From Octopus sinensis (Eukaryota): 64,000 bases of DNA. Positions 36,329 to 48,340 of this stretch are shown here, one piece after another. The stretch's first letter is position 1. Each line of letters begins with the position of its first letter. The translations under genes were made by a program, and so were the position numbers. The notes beneath the pieces were generated by a model that saw only the letters and a list, made by a program, of their open reading frames with translations, did not search any database and had not been told where the DNA came from. The DNA is taken from positions 1,798,001 to 1,862,000 of the forward strand of contig NC_043011.1 of assembly GCF_006345805.1 (NCBI RefSeq), given 5' to 3'.

Positions 36329-36954
36329 ATATAGAGTAAGCTGTGTTGTATATGCATGTAACAATAATCAAAAATATCCAGGTACACATAATTCACATGC
36401 ATGAGAGCAAATTCAGGCATACTTTGGAGCTAGTTAAAATAAAGGTTTTAATTATATTATTTGAAGTTTGAAGCATTAAATAACTCCTGTCACTTGATTA
36501 GAATTTTAATTTGGTTATTTAAAATCAATTCTTATTTTAATAGAACTAGTTAAAATAAATTTTCCTCCCATCTCTTAATCTTTGATTTCTTAGACTGGCC
36601 AAGAAGGAAGAGGAGTATCAACAAGTGTAAGCTAACTGATACTATTTTCTCAAACTAAGAAGGTAGAAGATTCTAAATAAATACAGAAAATCTTGTTATT
36701 CAGTATTTGGAATTTCTCCAACCCTATTTAGAAAATTAAATCAGGCTATATATGAATAGAATTTTGTTCATTAGTGGAACCTTTACTTTATGCCATGTTT
36801 CTTTGAAATCATAATCTTCTGAAGTGCCATGCTTATGCCAGAAATTGTTATGCTTATCATACTCAATTGTAACAACAAAATATTGATTATTTTTTTTGTT
36901 TTAGTACATACATATACGTACATACTTACGCACACACACATACACATATACATC

Positions 36955-36983
36955 TCTGTCTGTCTGTCTGTTTGTCTGTCTAC

Positions 36984-37049
<66 letters not shown>

Positions 37050-37105
37050 CTATATCTATATATATATATATATACATATAAATATCTATATATATATAAA
37101 TAAAT
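36955..37105. repeat. (TCTG)n(TCTA)n(TA)n microsatellite
   Basis: Direct. Confidence 0.95.
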
Positions 37106-37384
37106 GAAAGAATGGAGTCAAACGAAGATGTTAACAAAATTCCTTTACTCTCGACATATGTTTTGAAGACAACATGGTTTCATTCCAAAGGAATAAAAGG
37201 TGCATTATGCAATCTTCTCATCAGGAAAGAAAGGGAGCCTCTCTCGACAACAAGACAAACAAAAATTTTGATGACTGCCTACATGGTAAACAAAACGATA
37301 ATGAGTGTTTTTTTAAAAATACCGTTAGAAGAATTGACATCAAGGATAGAAGATAGAGGAGATATATATATATATGTATATATG

Positions 37385-37557
37385 CTTAGCAGTATTTTGT
37401 CTGCTGTTACGCTCTGAGTTCTAATTCTACCGAGGTTGACTTTGCCTTTCATCCTTTCGAGGTCGATTAAATAAGTACCAGTTATGCACTGGGGTCGATG
37501 TAATCGACTTCATCTCTTTGTCTGTTCTTGTTTGTCACCTCTGTGGGCAATAAAAAT
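37385..37557 (+). mobile_element. SINE family C, partial
   Basis: Core GAGGTTGACTTTGCCTTTCATCC...CACTGGGGTCGATG. Confidence 0.8.
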
Positions 37558-37689
37558 AAATATATATATATATCATCATCATCATCATCGTTTAAACGTC
37601 CGTTTTCCACGCTAGCACGGGTTGAGGCATGGTTATTGCTAGTTGAAACTATATATATATATATATATACAATGTCAGTGTGCATACTC

Positions 37690-37917
37690 GACAGAGTGTT
37701 AGTACCTTGAGAGAAAAGTTGGACCTAAGAAGCATCAGATGTGGTGTGCAAGAGAGATGACTACGCTGGTATGGCCATGTGGTGAGAATGGATGTGGATA
37801 GCTGTGTGAAAAACTGCTACACCCTAGCAGTTGAGGGAACTTGTGGAAGAGGTAGACCCAAGAAGACCTGGGATGAGGTGGTGAAGCATGACCTTCGAAC
37901 ATTGGACCTCACCGATG
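37690..37917 (+). pseudogene. RTE-clade ORF2 C-terminal fragment
   Basis: LREKLDLRSIRCGVQER*LRWYGHVVRMD...EGTCGRGRPKKTWDEVVKHDLRTL. Confidence 0.85.
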
Positions 37918-37964
37918 TGCCCAAGGAAGATACCACCTGATGGGGGATAGTTTGTACATGCGTA

Positions 37965-38139
37965 TCTTTTATCTTTTACTTGTTTCAGTCATGAGACTGC
38001 AGTCATGCTGTGGCTCAACCGCAAAGAAGCTTTAGCCTAACAAATCGATCCCAGTACTAATTTTTAAGCCTGGAACTTATAGTATCAATCTCTTTTGCCA
38101 AACTGCTAAGTTATGGGGATGTAAACAAACCATCAACAG

Positions 38140-38180
<41 letters not shown>

Positions 38181-38315
38181 ACTTCTTTCAGTTTCTGTCT
38201 ACGAAATCCACTCAGGTGGCTTTGGTTGGCTTGAGGCTTTAATAGAAGACACTTGTCCAAGGTGCCACCCAGCACCATGAAGTAGTGAAGTTAACTTCTT
38301 AGCATACACAGCCAC
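37965..38315 (-). mobile_element. SINE family A, degraded
   Basis: Tail, (TA)n, head. Confidence 0.75.
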
Positions 38316-39567
38316 AGGCTACGGCACACATCAACCATCAACATGAATTCTAACATTAGAACTACTGCTGGACTTTAATGGTAAAGTGAAAGACAGAACA
38401 CAATAATGGTAAACCTAACTTGCCACCAGGTTTACTACCGCCACCACCGCCGCCGTCGCCACCACAACCACTACCACCACCATTACCGCCACTGCCGGGT
38501 CATTAAATGGTTGCCTTTAGCACACTTTAGCACTATTTACTAGAATTCGTTCTCACTATTCCCTCTTTCTCTACGTATTTCCTGTGGGTACTGACCTGCA
38601 GATGTTGAAATTGGACATCCGCTGCTTCAATCACATCAGGTTAAGTGAAGCTGGAATTTTAGAAGTCACAGGCCAATCCCATCTTTGATAAAAAAAATAA
38701 CTTTAAAAAAATGAGAATTGATTTGAAATAAAGCAGAGTAAAACATTAATTAAATGTTTGCCTCAGATTTGAAATCATGACCTTGGGATGAATAGTTAAA
38801 TATCTTATTTTCAGAAGAACATCTTAACCATTAAAAAGTAGAGAAAATCTTAAACGTCCCAACAGTCCAGATGCAATTCGTTTGAAATTTACACAATTAA
38901 AGGGAAGTAATTCTCAAAGATTTCATTGATTTATTTCCCTTGCAACAGTTGTAAAAAATATCTGGATTTCTGCTTAAATTGTAGATGAACGAAGCTGATT
39001 TGTGTAACTACAAAAAACGCACACGGAGAGACTGTCTCTTTGTCTGTCTGTCTCTGTCTATCTGTCGCTCTCTCTCACACACACATCAGCCTCACTACAG
39101 TTACTCGTTTAGAAACTTATTTTTTTGAAGTCATGTTCGCAAGAAATCTGTTTTTAGGTGTTTCTCCTTTAACGTCCATTTGTTAACAATTAAATACTCC
39201 GGTGAGGAATGCTAGTATAACATGAAGTTAACAGGGAATATACTGTTGTATTTACTTTCATAACTCACGACTGCTCATCAAAACCAGTTCCGATGTAAAC
39301 CTGTGTACATACCAGGAGCTGTTAAAGCAGCATTGTGATTTTATAAACCATTTGTATATTTGAAGAGTACAACTGGTGCTTAGAACGATAAACCATTGCT
39401 ATATCTACTTACAGCTATGTGGTTTTGGACATTTTAAGGAATTCTCCAGAAGTGCAGAAGTGGCTGTCTGGTAGGAAGTTGGCTCCCCAGCTACATGATT
39501 CCGGGTTCAGTCCCACTTGGAATTGTTTATCTTCGATAAACTAGCAGCAAGTTCATTAATGACTTAA

Positions 39568-39773
39568 GCCTTTGGCATTTAAACTGACCGTATCTGGCCA
39601 ATATATTTTACCTGCTTTATGTTCATGCTGGCCAGATTCAGCCTTTCTTGAAATAAACATTCCAGAAATAAACAGTCATATCATTGAAATCCTGAAGCTC
39701 TGAAATAATTAATTCAAAACAATGTGGATAAACAAGTTTTACATTTAACAAAAGTTATCTGAATACTAAAGAG
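39568..39773. mobile_element. piggyBac-type MITE, degraded
   Basis: TTAA|GCCTTTGGCATTT ... GAATACTAAAGAG|TTAA; 206 bp. Confidence 0.55.
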
Positions 39774-40379
39774 TTAAACAAATAATACCAAAGATTAATT
39801 ACTAATTACAAATAAAACCAAAGATTAATTACTAATTAAGATTAATTACAAATTAATTACTAATTTCCTTCAGTTTTAGAAACCAATTTTTCCCCTGAAT
39901 CATACAGTTATTTTGATGACTAGAGTTGTATGTGTATATTATCTGAGGAAATATTTCATACAAAAAAAAAAAGCTGAAACATTGATTACAATGCTTTACA
40001 TTAAACAAAATTTTCAGTTAATAGTTGCAGATTACTCACACTACCTTGAGTTAAGCAGTTCACATTTAATTAATCATGACATAAACAATGCCTCTAATTG
40101 TTGAAATCTAATTTAGCTAATTCAAGAGAAGAAAACTCTGCATTCTTCAAGGAATATGAAGACAAAGTCTGACGGAAAGCTGGAGCACTAGTGATCTCTT
40201 TTGAAACATTAAATTATTTGTCAGCAGAAAAGAAAACATTTTACACCAGTAAATATAAACATAAACACATCTGCAGAACAAATTGATCCTCGAACAAATG
40301 TTTAAGTCTGGTACTTATTTGATTGGTCTTTTTGGTCAAATCACTGCAAAGAAACCAGTACTGGTTGTCAAGCAGTGAG

Positions 40380-40690
40380 GAGAGGTTTTCCCGGACTTTT
40401 TGAGGATGGCCGGCTCCAGGTATCCAGTGATGCTTGAGGGACGCCCCCCTCAAGTGTCACCTGTGCCTAGAGACTGGCCACATTAAGAAGAACTGCCCCA
40501 TGGACCAAAGTAGGATCCTGGAGCAGTTAATGTTGGAACCTCTCCCTGCTCCCCCAATGGAGGGAGAGAAACAGAACGAGGAAACAGTTACTTCCTCAAC
40601 GAGAAAAAGAAAAGTGGGAAACAATGGTGACCCACCAAAAGATCCTGAAGCTGCGGGAGAAAAAGGGGAGAGGATGAACAGAAACAAAGA
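40380..40690 (+). pseudogene. Gag-like LINE ORF1 fragment with CCHC zinc knuckle
   Basis: EVFPDFLRMAGSRYPVMLEGRP(frameshift)LKCHLCLETGHIKKNCP; CX2CX4HX4C at 40455-40496, typical of the ORF1 C-terminal knuckle of L1/Tx1-type elements. Confidence 0.7.
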
Positions 40691-41304
40691 AACACTCAAC
40701 CAGTCTCTCACACATACAGACAGACAGACAGATTAAGGTTCAGACAGACAGATTAAGGTTCAGACAGACATATACGTGTGCACGTGCACAACTGTACATA
40801 CACACGCATACACACACACACACATCAAAAATTGAATAAATGTCCTTTCTACGCGCGTGTTCTCTCCTCTGTTGCAACTTTCCGTTGCGTCGCCTATGTT
40901 GTGCCTTCGCGGCGAAAAGTGCTCGTGGCGGACGCCGCCACTGCTGAACCCATGCGTGCAGCCTTCTCGCGTGTCGTCAGGCCGTCGTCTGGTGGCGCGG
41001 TTTCATACGGGGCGCCTGGGGCATAGTGGGCGCAAACAAAACGGCTCTACACCCGGATCAGTTTCCTGGATTGTGTGGTGTGTTGAATATTCCTTCCCGG
41101 AGTGGACACCAGTCTGTTGTAGGATTATTCAGTCTTGCAGGCTAAGTGGCCCAGAGCAATATGAGATGAAGTGTTTTGCTTGAGAACATACTGCATTGCC
41201 CAATTAAGGAATCAAGACAATCTTATGGACACAAGTGCAACACCATAACCACTAACCCATGTACCACCACAATTATATATGTTCCCACACACAAACACAC
41301 ACAC

Positions 41305-41440
41305 GAGGGGTTTCCAAGCAGTTTTATAACAAATTTGCTCACAAGGCATTGGTTGGCCTGCATAGACACTTACCCAAGGTGCTGTGCAGTGGGACTGAAC
41401 CTAAAGTCATATAGCTTCTAAACCACACACCTATGTCTGC
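41305..41440 (-). mobile_element. SINE family A 5' fragment
   Basis: CAAGGCATTGGTTGGCC...CAGTGGGACTGAACC. Confidence 0.6.
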
Positions 41441-41449
41441 ACCTAAAAT

Positions 41450-41890
41450 TACATACATACACATACATATATGTACATTTACACACACACACACGCACTC
41501 ACATACAGACTCATACACACACACACAAACACACACTCACATACAAACACACACACAAACACACACTCACATAAAAACACACACACACACACTCACATAC
41601 AGACTCATACACACACACAAACACACACTCACATAAAAACACACACACACACACTCACATACAGACTCATACACACACACAAACACACTCACATAAAAAT
41701 ACACACACACACACACACAAACACACACTCACATAAAAACACACACACACACACTCACATACAGACTCATACACACACACAAACACACTCACATAAAAAT
41801 ACACACACACACACACACAAACACACACTCACATAAAAATACACACACACACACACATACACACACTCACATACAGACTCATACACACAT
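41450..41890. repeat. CA-rich minisatellite (~59-bp units with ACATAAAAA/ACAGACTCAT marks)
   Basis: Direct. Confidence 0.9.
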
Positions 41891-42498
41891 GTAACAAATC
41901 CTTTTCATGAAGCATTGGTTAATTCCACAGATGAGACCCAAAGTGCAGTGTAGTCACATGAAACCTGAAACCTTGTGACTGAGAAATGAACTTCTTAATC
42001 ATATAAACAAACTGAATAAAGTTGGATTATGAAGATTCGTGGTTGCATCAACCTGTTCGGCCACTCGAGGGCATTTGGGTATCAATGGCCACAGAAGAAC
42101 TGCCACAATTAAATGCTTGTCTGGTGTTGCTGAAAAGAGCTCAATGTGCATATGGGCAAAGAGAACTGACCAATGGACCTAGTTGTGGATTCCATTGGTT
42201 ATTTATAGGAAATATAAAGAAGAAGGAGAATTGGTTCCTTTGTCAGTCCGAGTGGCCTGGTGGGCTGAAACACAGACATAGGGACACAAGTTCACAAACA
42301 GAATGACCCTGGTTCAAATCCTACTGGAGACAGGATTTTGAAAAGCAGCAGGAGGACACCTAAGTGTCATGACTTGGATGGGCCTGGCTCCAGTAAGTGT
42401 CAGGTATAAGGGCTGAAACACTTGTTGGATGGGAATTCTTCCTCTGAACCCCTCTCCTGTTGGGTGCTCTCCTTGTGGAAAGTTTGTTACCTATTTAA

Positions 42499-42704
42499 CC
42501 CTTTCATTACTGTATTTATTTTGGGATGCTCTGTATTTCTTTCAATTATTTTAAATATAACAAAGAATTTAATAAAATCCCTTAGTTATCATGAATCTAG
42601 TGTTAGGAACATAAATTGTGACTTAAAGTCTGGTGGAAGATTTTAATTCAAAACTTATGAAAACAGAGCCAGAGGCAGTTTCAGCCGGGTTGGTAACGAA
42701 AGGG
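42499..42704. mobile_element. piggyBac-type MITE
   Basis: TTAA TSD (42495-42498, 42705-42708); TIR CCCTTTCATTAC / GTAACGAAAGGG; 206 bp. Confidence 0.88.
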
Positions 42705-43420
42705 TTAAGGATGAAAAGTGATAGATTTTTAAAACATTGTGCTGTGATGTGAATAAAAGTGAAAACAATATGTACATCACATTAAATTTGAATTATTTTG
42801 AGTTAGAAATATGAAAACTCAGTAAACTAAAGCAAACCAATATATTGTAGACAGCTACAATAATTTGATTAATGATTAAAAGGAAAGATTTTGGTTTTGA
42901 AGAAATAGTCTCACCATATTGTAATATATAATACAGTGAAGAAAAATGTTAATACTAAAGATATTAACGAGTCACATTTATTTGCTGTACATTTTAATAT
43001 AATGAATAGCAAGAATAAAGAAACATATGGAAGCAAAATGTCTATTAAAACAATATATATATATATAACGGATTATAAAAGCAGTATAACTGAAAATATG
43101 CTACAAAAATTTATACACCAAGCTAAAATTATATTTTATCACGTTAATATCTCAAATCAGTTGGAAGATCTTCAAACTCCACACATACGTGCATGCATGC
43201 ATGCACACACACACACACGTGTGTGTGTGCACATGCATATACAAACATATATATACATAGTGGAAAACAATTCATGATATAATAAAACTATTTCTTAGAA
43301 CCATTCCACTCTTGGAGGCACCTTGTAAACTCCTTGCATATGAGCCATATGAGATGTCATCACTGATATATCTCCTAAGGTCTGCAAAGAGCCTACAAGT
43401 CATCAGCAGCAGCAGCAGCA

Positions 43421-43970
43421 GGAGGCGCAATGGCTGAATGGTTAGGGCAGTGGACTCGCGGTTTCGATTCCCAAGGCAGCGAGCTGGCAGAAACGTTAGC
43501 ACGCCAGCGAAATGCGTAGCCGTATTTCGTCTATCGTTACGTTCTGAGTTCAAATTCCGCCGAGGTCGACTTTGCCTTTCATCCTTTCGGGGTCAATAAA
43601 TTAAGTACCAGTTACACACTGGGGTCGATATAATCAACTTAATCCGTATGTCTGTCCTTGTTTGTCCCCTCTGTGTTTAGCCCCTTGTGGGTAGTAAAGA
43701 AATAGGTTTCGACTCCCAGACCGGACGTTGTGTGTTTATTGTGCGAAAACACCTAAAGCTCCACGAGGCTCTGGCAGGGGGTGGTAGCGACCCCTCTTGT
43801 ACTCTTTCGCTCCAACTTTCTCTCCCTCTTTCTTCCTGTTTCTTGTCCCCGACTTCCTACGCAACTGCTGAGCCTGGATGCACATTCATCCATCCGTCAA
43901 TGCTCTTGGTGTCAGGGGTTGACCTTCTTTCTCTTCTGCAGGTCTTATGAATAGCAAAGGACCACGTTTC
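43421..43970 (+). mobile_element. SINE with family-D head, interrupted in its B-box by a SINE C
   Basis: GGAGGCGCAATGG head; resumes at 43705 after the duplicated GGTTTCGAYTCCCA. Confidence 0.85.
43474..43704 (+). mobile_element. SINE family C, full-length, 14-bp TSD
   Basis: GGCAGCGAGCTGGCAG...GTAAAGAAATA; TSD 43460-43473 and 43705-43718 (1 mismatch). Confidence 0.92.
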
Positions 43971-44059
43971 GGAGTTCTCACACTCTGCTACACAAAATGC
44001 ACAAGAGATGATGCCGTATATCACATTGGTAGATGAGGGTCACCTCTGTGACCATGCAT

Positions 44060-45300
44060 TTGGCTGAGTAGGCCAAGCCTTTGAGAACCACACTAATCAC
44101 ACAAAAGAGCTCTATCATGCTCTGCTCCAGAAGGGGGTTAACATATCCCCTATATTTATCAGCACGTTTCACCACAGCATATGCAACTCTGTTGCCCCTT
44201 AACACCAATAGCAATCAGATTCCTCCACAACTCCCTATTTGATGCAAGATCTTCCCAGGTGCTAGTATCAATATTGATATTTTTTACGTGTGTTTTTAAG
44301 ATTCTCATTGAAACCCTTGCATGGCTTGCTCTAGAGACATTTTCCTTGCTCTACCTTACCATACAACATCTGTTTGGACATGTGAGTGTCCCCTAAAAGG
44401 ACAAGATGATCAGACCATCTAAGTTGGTGTTTCATAATCAACAATGGGATACTCGTAATTTTTGCCAACAGCAGCACTCTCGCATCAGACACATGAGATC
44501 ATTATGATACTGTGCAGGCATTGCTGGTGGACCCACTTGAGATGGTGGATATGCTTGTGGTTGGTTGTCCAGGTCTCACATCCATATAATAACACTTTTA
44601 AGACACATGCTTGATAAACTTCAACTTTCATAATTCCTTTGATGTCTGGTTGCAACCAGAGCCTTGATTCAAGCTTTAGAAATGCATCAAATCTTCAATT
44701 GACTTCCTTGTCAAATGTATTAAATCTAGATAATGTGCTGCCAAAGTAGACAAATGTATCCATGACTTCTAAATGTTTACACTTGATGTATATCGATCGT
44801 AAGTTATATGGCTTGCCTGGTGCTTGTAGCATGATTATGGTCTTCTTAAGACGGATCTTTTCGGTTTGAATGTCAGTTTTTAACATAATTTCTAAGTAAC
44901 TAAAAAATTTTTAACTTCGTATACTGGTAGAACGTGTTTATAAAACATCTTTTTCTCTTGGTTTTATTGAGAAAATTCTATAGTTTGTAAGATATTTGTT
45001 GTTTAAAGTTCACATTCGTTACACATGATAGAAAAGCAGTTCATCATGAGCTGCAGATCTTCCTCAGTGTGGGTTACAAGATCACAATCATCAGCATAAA
45101 GGAGATCAGGAATAAGAGCCATGAAAGTTTTTGTTACTACAATAAAATAACATGTTGAAAAGCTTTCCTGTTACGTGGAAATGGGTGTAAATATCAGCCT
45201 CACTATGTACAAAAGCTTTCGAGATAACAATAGCAAAGAAAATGGCAAACAATGTAGGAGTAATATATGATGCAATGGCAATTCTTCACGTCTGAAGATC
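44060..45300 (-). pseudogene. RTE-BovB-like LINE ORF2 remnant (RT core to C-terminus)
   Basis: LLYADDCDL (YADD at 45087-45098), FVYFGSTLS, LLYGCETWT, QLRWS.HLV, WEDLASNRELWR in the expected order; interrupted by a MITE fragment. Confidence 0.85.
44853..45005 (-). mobile_element. Truncated copy of the Merlin-like MITE, nested in the RTE
   Basis: Starts GGATCTTTTCGGTTTGAATG; matches the right end of the 19003 element. Confidence 0.8.
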
Positions 45301-45353
45301 AAGAGATCATGAGGAAGAGTAGCAATCCCTAAAGAGTCTATGAAAATGAATCA

Positions 45354-45481
45354 ATGGGCTCTAGTGCCCTTGGGGCAAATACGTAGGCTCTGGTGCTCTT
45401 GGGGAAAATACGTAGGCTCTGGTGCTCTTGGGGCAAATACGTGGGCTTTGGTGCTTTTGGGGCAAATACGTAGGCTCTGGT
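45354..45481. repeat. 29-bp tandem repeat, about 4.3 copies
   Basis: TGGTGCTCTTGGGGCAAATACGTAGGCTC at 45362, 45391, 45420, 45449. Confidence 0.95.
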
Positions 45482-45790
45482 CAGTTGGAGATCATGACAA
45501 TAACTCTTTCCTTCTTTGATGTTTCTCAACCACAGCAGTGGCTCTGCTCTTCTCAAAATTACTTGTAGCAGTTTGGATGCAATCTTGTTTCCTCCCTCTT
45601 TGTGCTGTAATTCCCTTCCACTCTGTAAGGTTTACCTTGCCTGGAAGAACTGTCATTTCAGTGGGTCTCTGAAACATTTCTGAGTTGATGGGGTCCTGAT
45701 TATTATAGAATATGTCCTTCTGCATTCTGGATTTGGCTGTGTGTGAAATGTGGCCTGTCCATCTGAGCTGTCTGAGTAGCAATATAGTTT
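45482..45790 (-). pseudogene. RTE-like ORF2 C-terminus of a second copy
   Basis: LLRQLRWTGHISH...QTATSNFEKSRATAVVEKHQRRK. Confidence 0.7.
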
Positions 45791-45792
45791 CA

Positions 45793-46020
45793 GCGGTGAG
45801 CTGGCAGAAATGTTAGCTCGCCGGGCGAAATACTTAGCGATATTTCATCTGTCGTTACGTTCTGAGTTCAAATTCCGCCGAGGTCGACTTTGCCTTTCAT
45901 CCTCTCGGGGTCGATAAATAAAGTACCAGTTTCTCACTGGGTCGATGTAATCGTCTAAATCCCTTTGTCTGTCCTGTTTGTCCCTTCTATGTTTAGCCCC
46001 TTGTGGGTAGTAAAGAAATA
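45793..46020 (+). mobile_element. SINE family C, full-length, 12-bp TSD
   Basis: TSD AATATAGTTTCA at 45781-45792 and 46021-46032. Confidence 0.92.
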
Positions 46021-46419
46021 AATATAGTTTCACTGCTCAGAACACTGCCCTGCTGGATGACTTTGTAGTTAGTGATGTATTTCTCCCATGAAGTATCCAT
46101 GACAGAGTGAAGGCATCTCTGGTGGAAGTGTTCTAGTAACTTGAGCTGCCTCCTGCACAGCACCCAAGCTTTTGGCCCATGGGGGAGAGTAGTGATGACA
46201 ACTGCCTAGTTGACTTGTAGACTCAGATCCTGGTAGACAGTTGCAGCGTGTGGCTCTGCTATACATACATTTGTTTTTCATTTGTCGAATAGCATTTAGA
46301 ATTAAACTGTGAGCTCTGGCAGTTTAAACAGGGACAAAGTGAAAATATAAGTTACACGTGTGCAATTATTACAAACCATCTTTTGAAGGCAACATTTACA
46401 GTTTCTGTTGCTGTAGTTG

Positions 46420-46804
46420 CTTCATCGTCGTCATCATCATCAGCAGCAGCAGCATCACTGCTGCCACTTTGCTGACTCTGCCACCACTACCACCACCACC
46501 ACCACCACCACCACCACCACCACCATCACCACCACCACCAACAACAGCAACAACAACACCACCACCACCACCATCACCACCACCACCAACAACACCACCA
46601 TCACCACCACCACACCACCACCACCACCACCACCAACAACAACAACACCACCAACAACAACACCACCATCACCACCACCACCACCACCACCACCACCACC
46701 ACAACAACAACAACACCACCACCACCACCACCATCACCACCACCACCAACAACAACACCACCATCACCACCAACAACAACACCACCATCACCACCACCAC
46801 CACC

Positions 46805-46836
<32 letters not shown>

Positions 46837-46880
46837 CAACAACAACACTGCCATCATCATCATCATCATCATCATCATCG
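46420..46880. repeat. (CAC/CAA/CAT)n trinucleotide array
   Basis: Direct. Confidence 0.95.
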
Positions 46881-47352
46881 TCTTTGAGAGTGGTTTCTTG
46901 AGACTCCAGGAGCCGTGAAATGCAGCATTATAAATTTAATAAGCCATTTTGTACATTTGAAAACTACAGATGGTTCTTAGAATGATTGGTCATTTTTTAT
47001 ACAGCCGCATCTTTTTACATCTAGGACTATCAGAGCTGGTTTCATGAATAACAACAAAAACAACTTGATCTTGTTAACACATTCCATCATTGTTTTTGCA
47101 GTTTGGTATCACTTACTCTATCCTTTTGCTTGTTAATATTCGGTGGCAGGGTGAGGGACATTTTGATACTACACAAATCTGAAAAGGAATATATTTACCT
47201 TGTCAGAAGGCACTCAGAAACCTAAAATTACCTGGGATTCCAACTCGGAACACCTGTGTGGTCAATGAATAAACTTAGCAATGTTTGATTGAACATATTA
47301 CCATTGTCTTATTTCTAAATTATTTGTGTTAATTGTTTTATATCTTGTCTAT

Positions 47353-47476
47353 GCTATAACTTTTCATTCCATTTCCTTTCAGGTAAGTTCTCCAGTTGAT
47401 AGCATTAACAACTGGAATCCTTGTTCTTTGGATTACAAACATTACTGATGCAGCAAGATGAAAAATACGAGTGAGT
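47353..47476 (+). promoter_or_regulatory. Candidate splice signals: branch-like CTATAAC, polypyrimidine tract, CAG|GTAAGT, 88-nt exon, downstream GA|GTGAGT
   Basis: 18 of 20 pyrimidines at 47361-47380; AG 47381-47382; GTAAGT 47383-47388; GTGAGT 47471-47476. Confidence 0.5.
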
Positions 47477-47891
47477 GACATTATTTCATTTCCTAAGCCT
47501 CAAAAATTGTACTTAAAAAAAATCATTGACAAAAAAAAAAAGAAAAAAAACAAGATGCATTTTATAACAGACATTGTCAAATCGTATTGCTAAGCAAAGT
47601 CTGAACTTTAGATGTTCAGGCAGTGGACATTGAAAGCAGGGCATACACACATATGCAATTTTTTTAGTAATAAGAAATATTACTGTTTGAAAATGCTAGA
47701 ATTGGTTTTCTGCATATGACGCCTATGATAGAACAATAATATATTCTGAAGCAATTAAAAGTTGCTGGAACAACAATACTATTGAAAACAAAGTTAATAT
47801 TTAATTCAATTTTAATTTAATATAACAACCTGCTAAAAAAATTCAACCAAAGTCAAATAGATACTTATGTGACATATGTTTATTTCCTTAA

Positions 47892-48110
47892 AGGCAGCAA
47901 GCTGGCAGAATTGTTAGCATGCCGGGCAAAATGCTTAGTGGTATTTCATCTGTCTTTATGTTCTGAGTTCAAATTCCACTGAGGTCAACTTTGCCTTTCA
48001 TCCTTTCAGGGTCAATAAATTAAGCACCAGTTGTGTACTGGGGTCAATCTAATTGACTGGCCCGCTCCCCTAAAATTTTGGGCCTTTTGCCTAGAATAGA
48101 AAAGATTATA
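47892..48110 (+). mobile_element. SINE family C (subfamily tail)
   Basis: GGCAGCAAGCTGGCAG head and shared core. Confidence 0.82.
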
Positions 48111-48114
48111 TTTA

Positions 48115-48340
48115 TTTCTTTACTGCACACGGGGGTGGGAGGTGGGGCTAAACATACAAGGACAGACAAGGGGATTAAGTTGATTACATCAACCCCAGTG
48201 CATAACTGATACTTATTTAATAGACCCCGATAGGATGAAAGGCAAAGTCGACCTCGGCAGTATTTGAACTCAGAATGTAATGGCAGATGAAATACCGCTA
48301 ACCATTTTGCCTGGTGTGCTAATGATTCTGCCAGCTCACT
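48115..48340 (-). mobile_element. SINE family C, tail-to-tail with the previous copy
   Basis: Reverse-complement match. Confidence 0.82.

Noticed and set aside
45354-45481. Possible CRISPR-like array (29-bp repeats)
   Set aside because: No spacers, no cas genes, eukaryotic context; simple tandem repeat.
46358-46918. Pro/His/Thr-rich ORFs
   Set aside because: Trinucleotide array open in several frames; no coding evidence.
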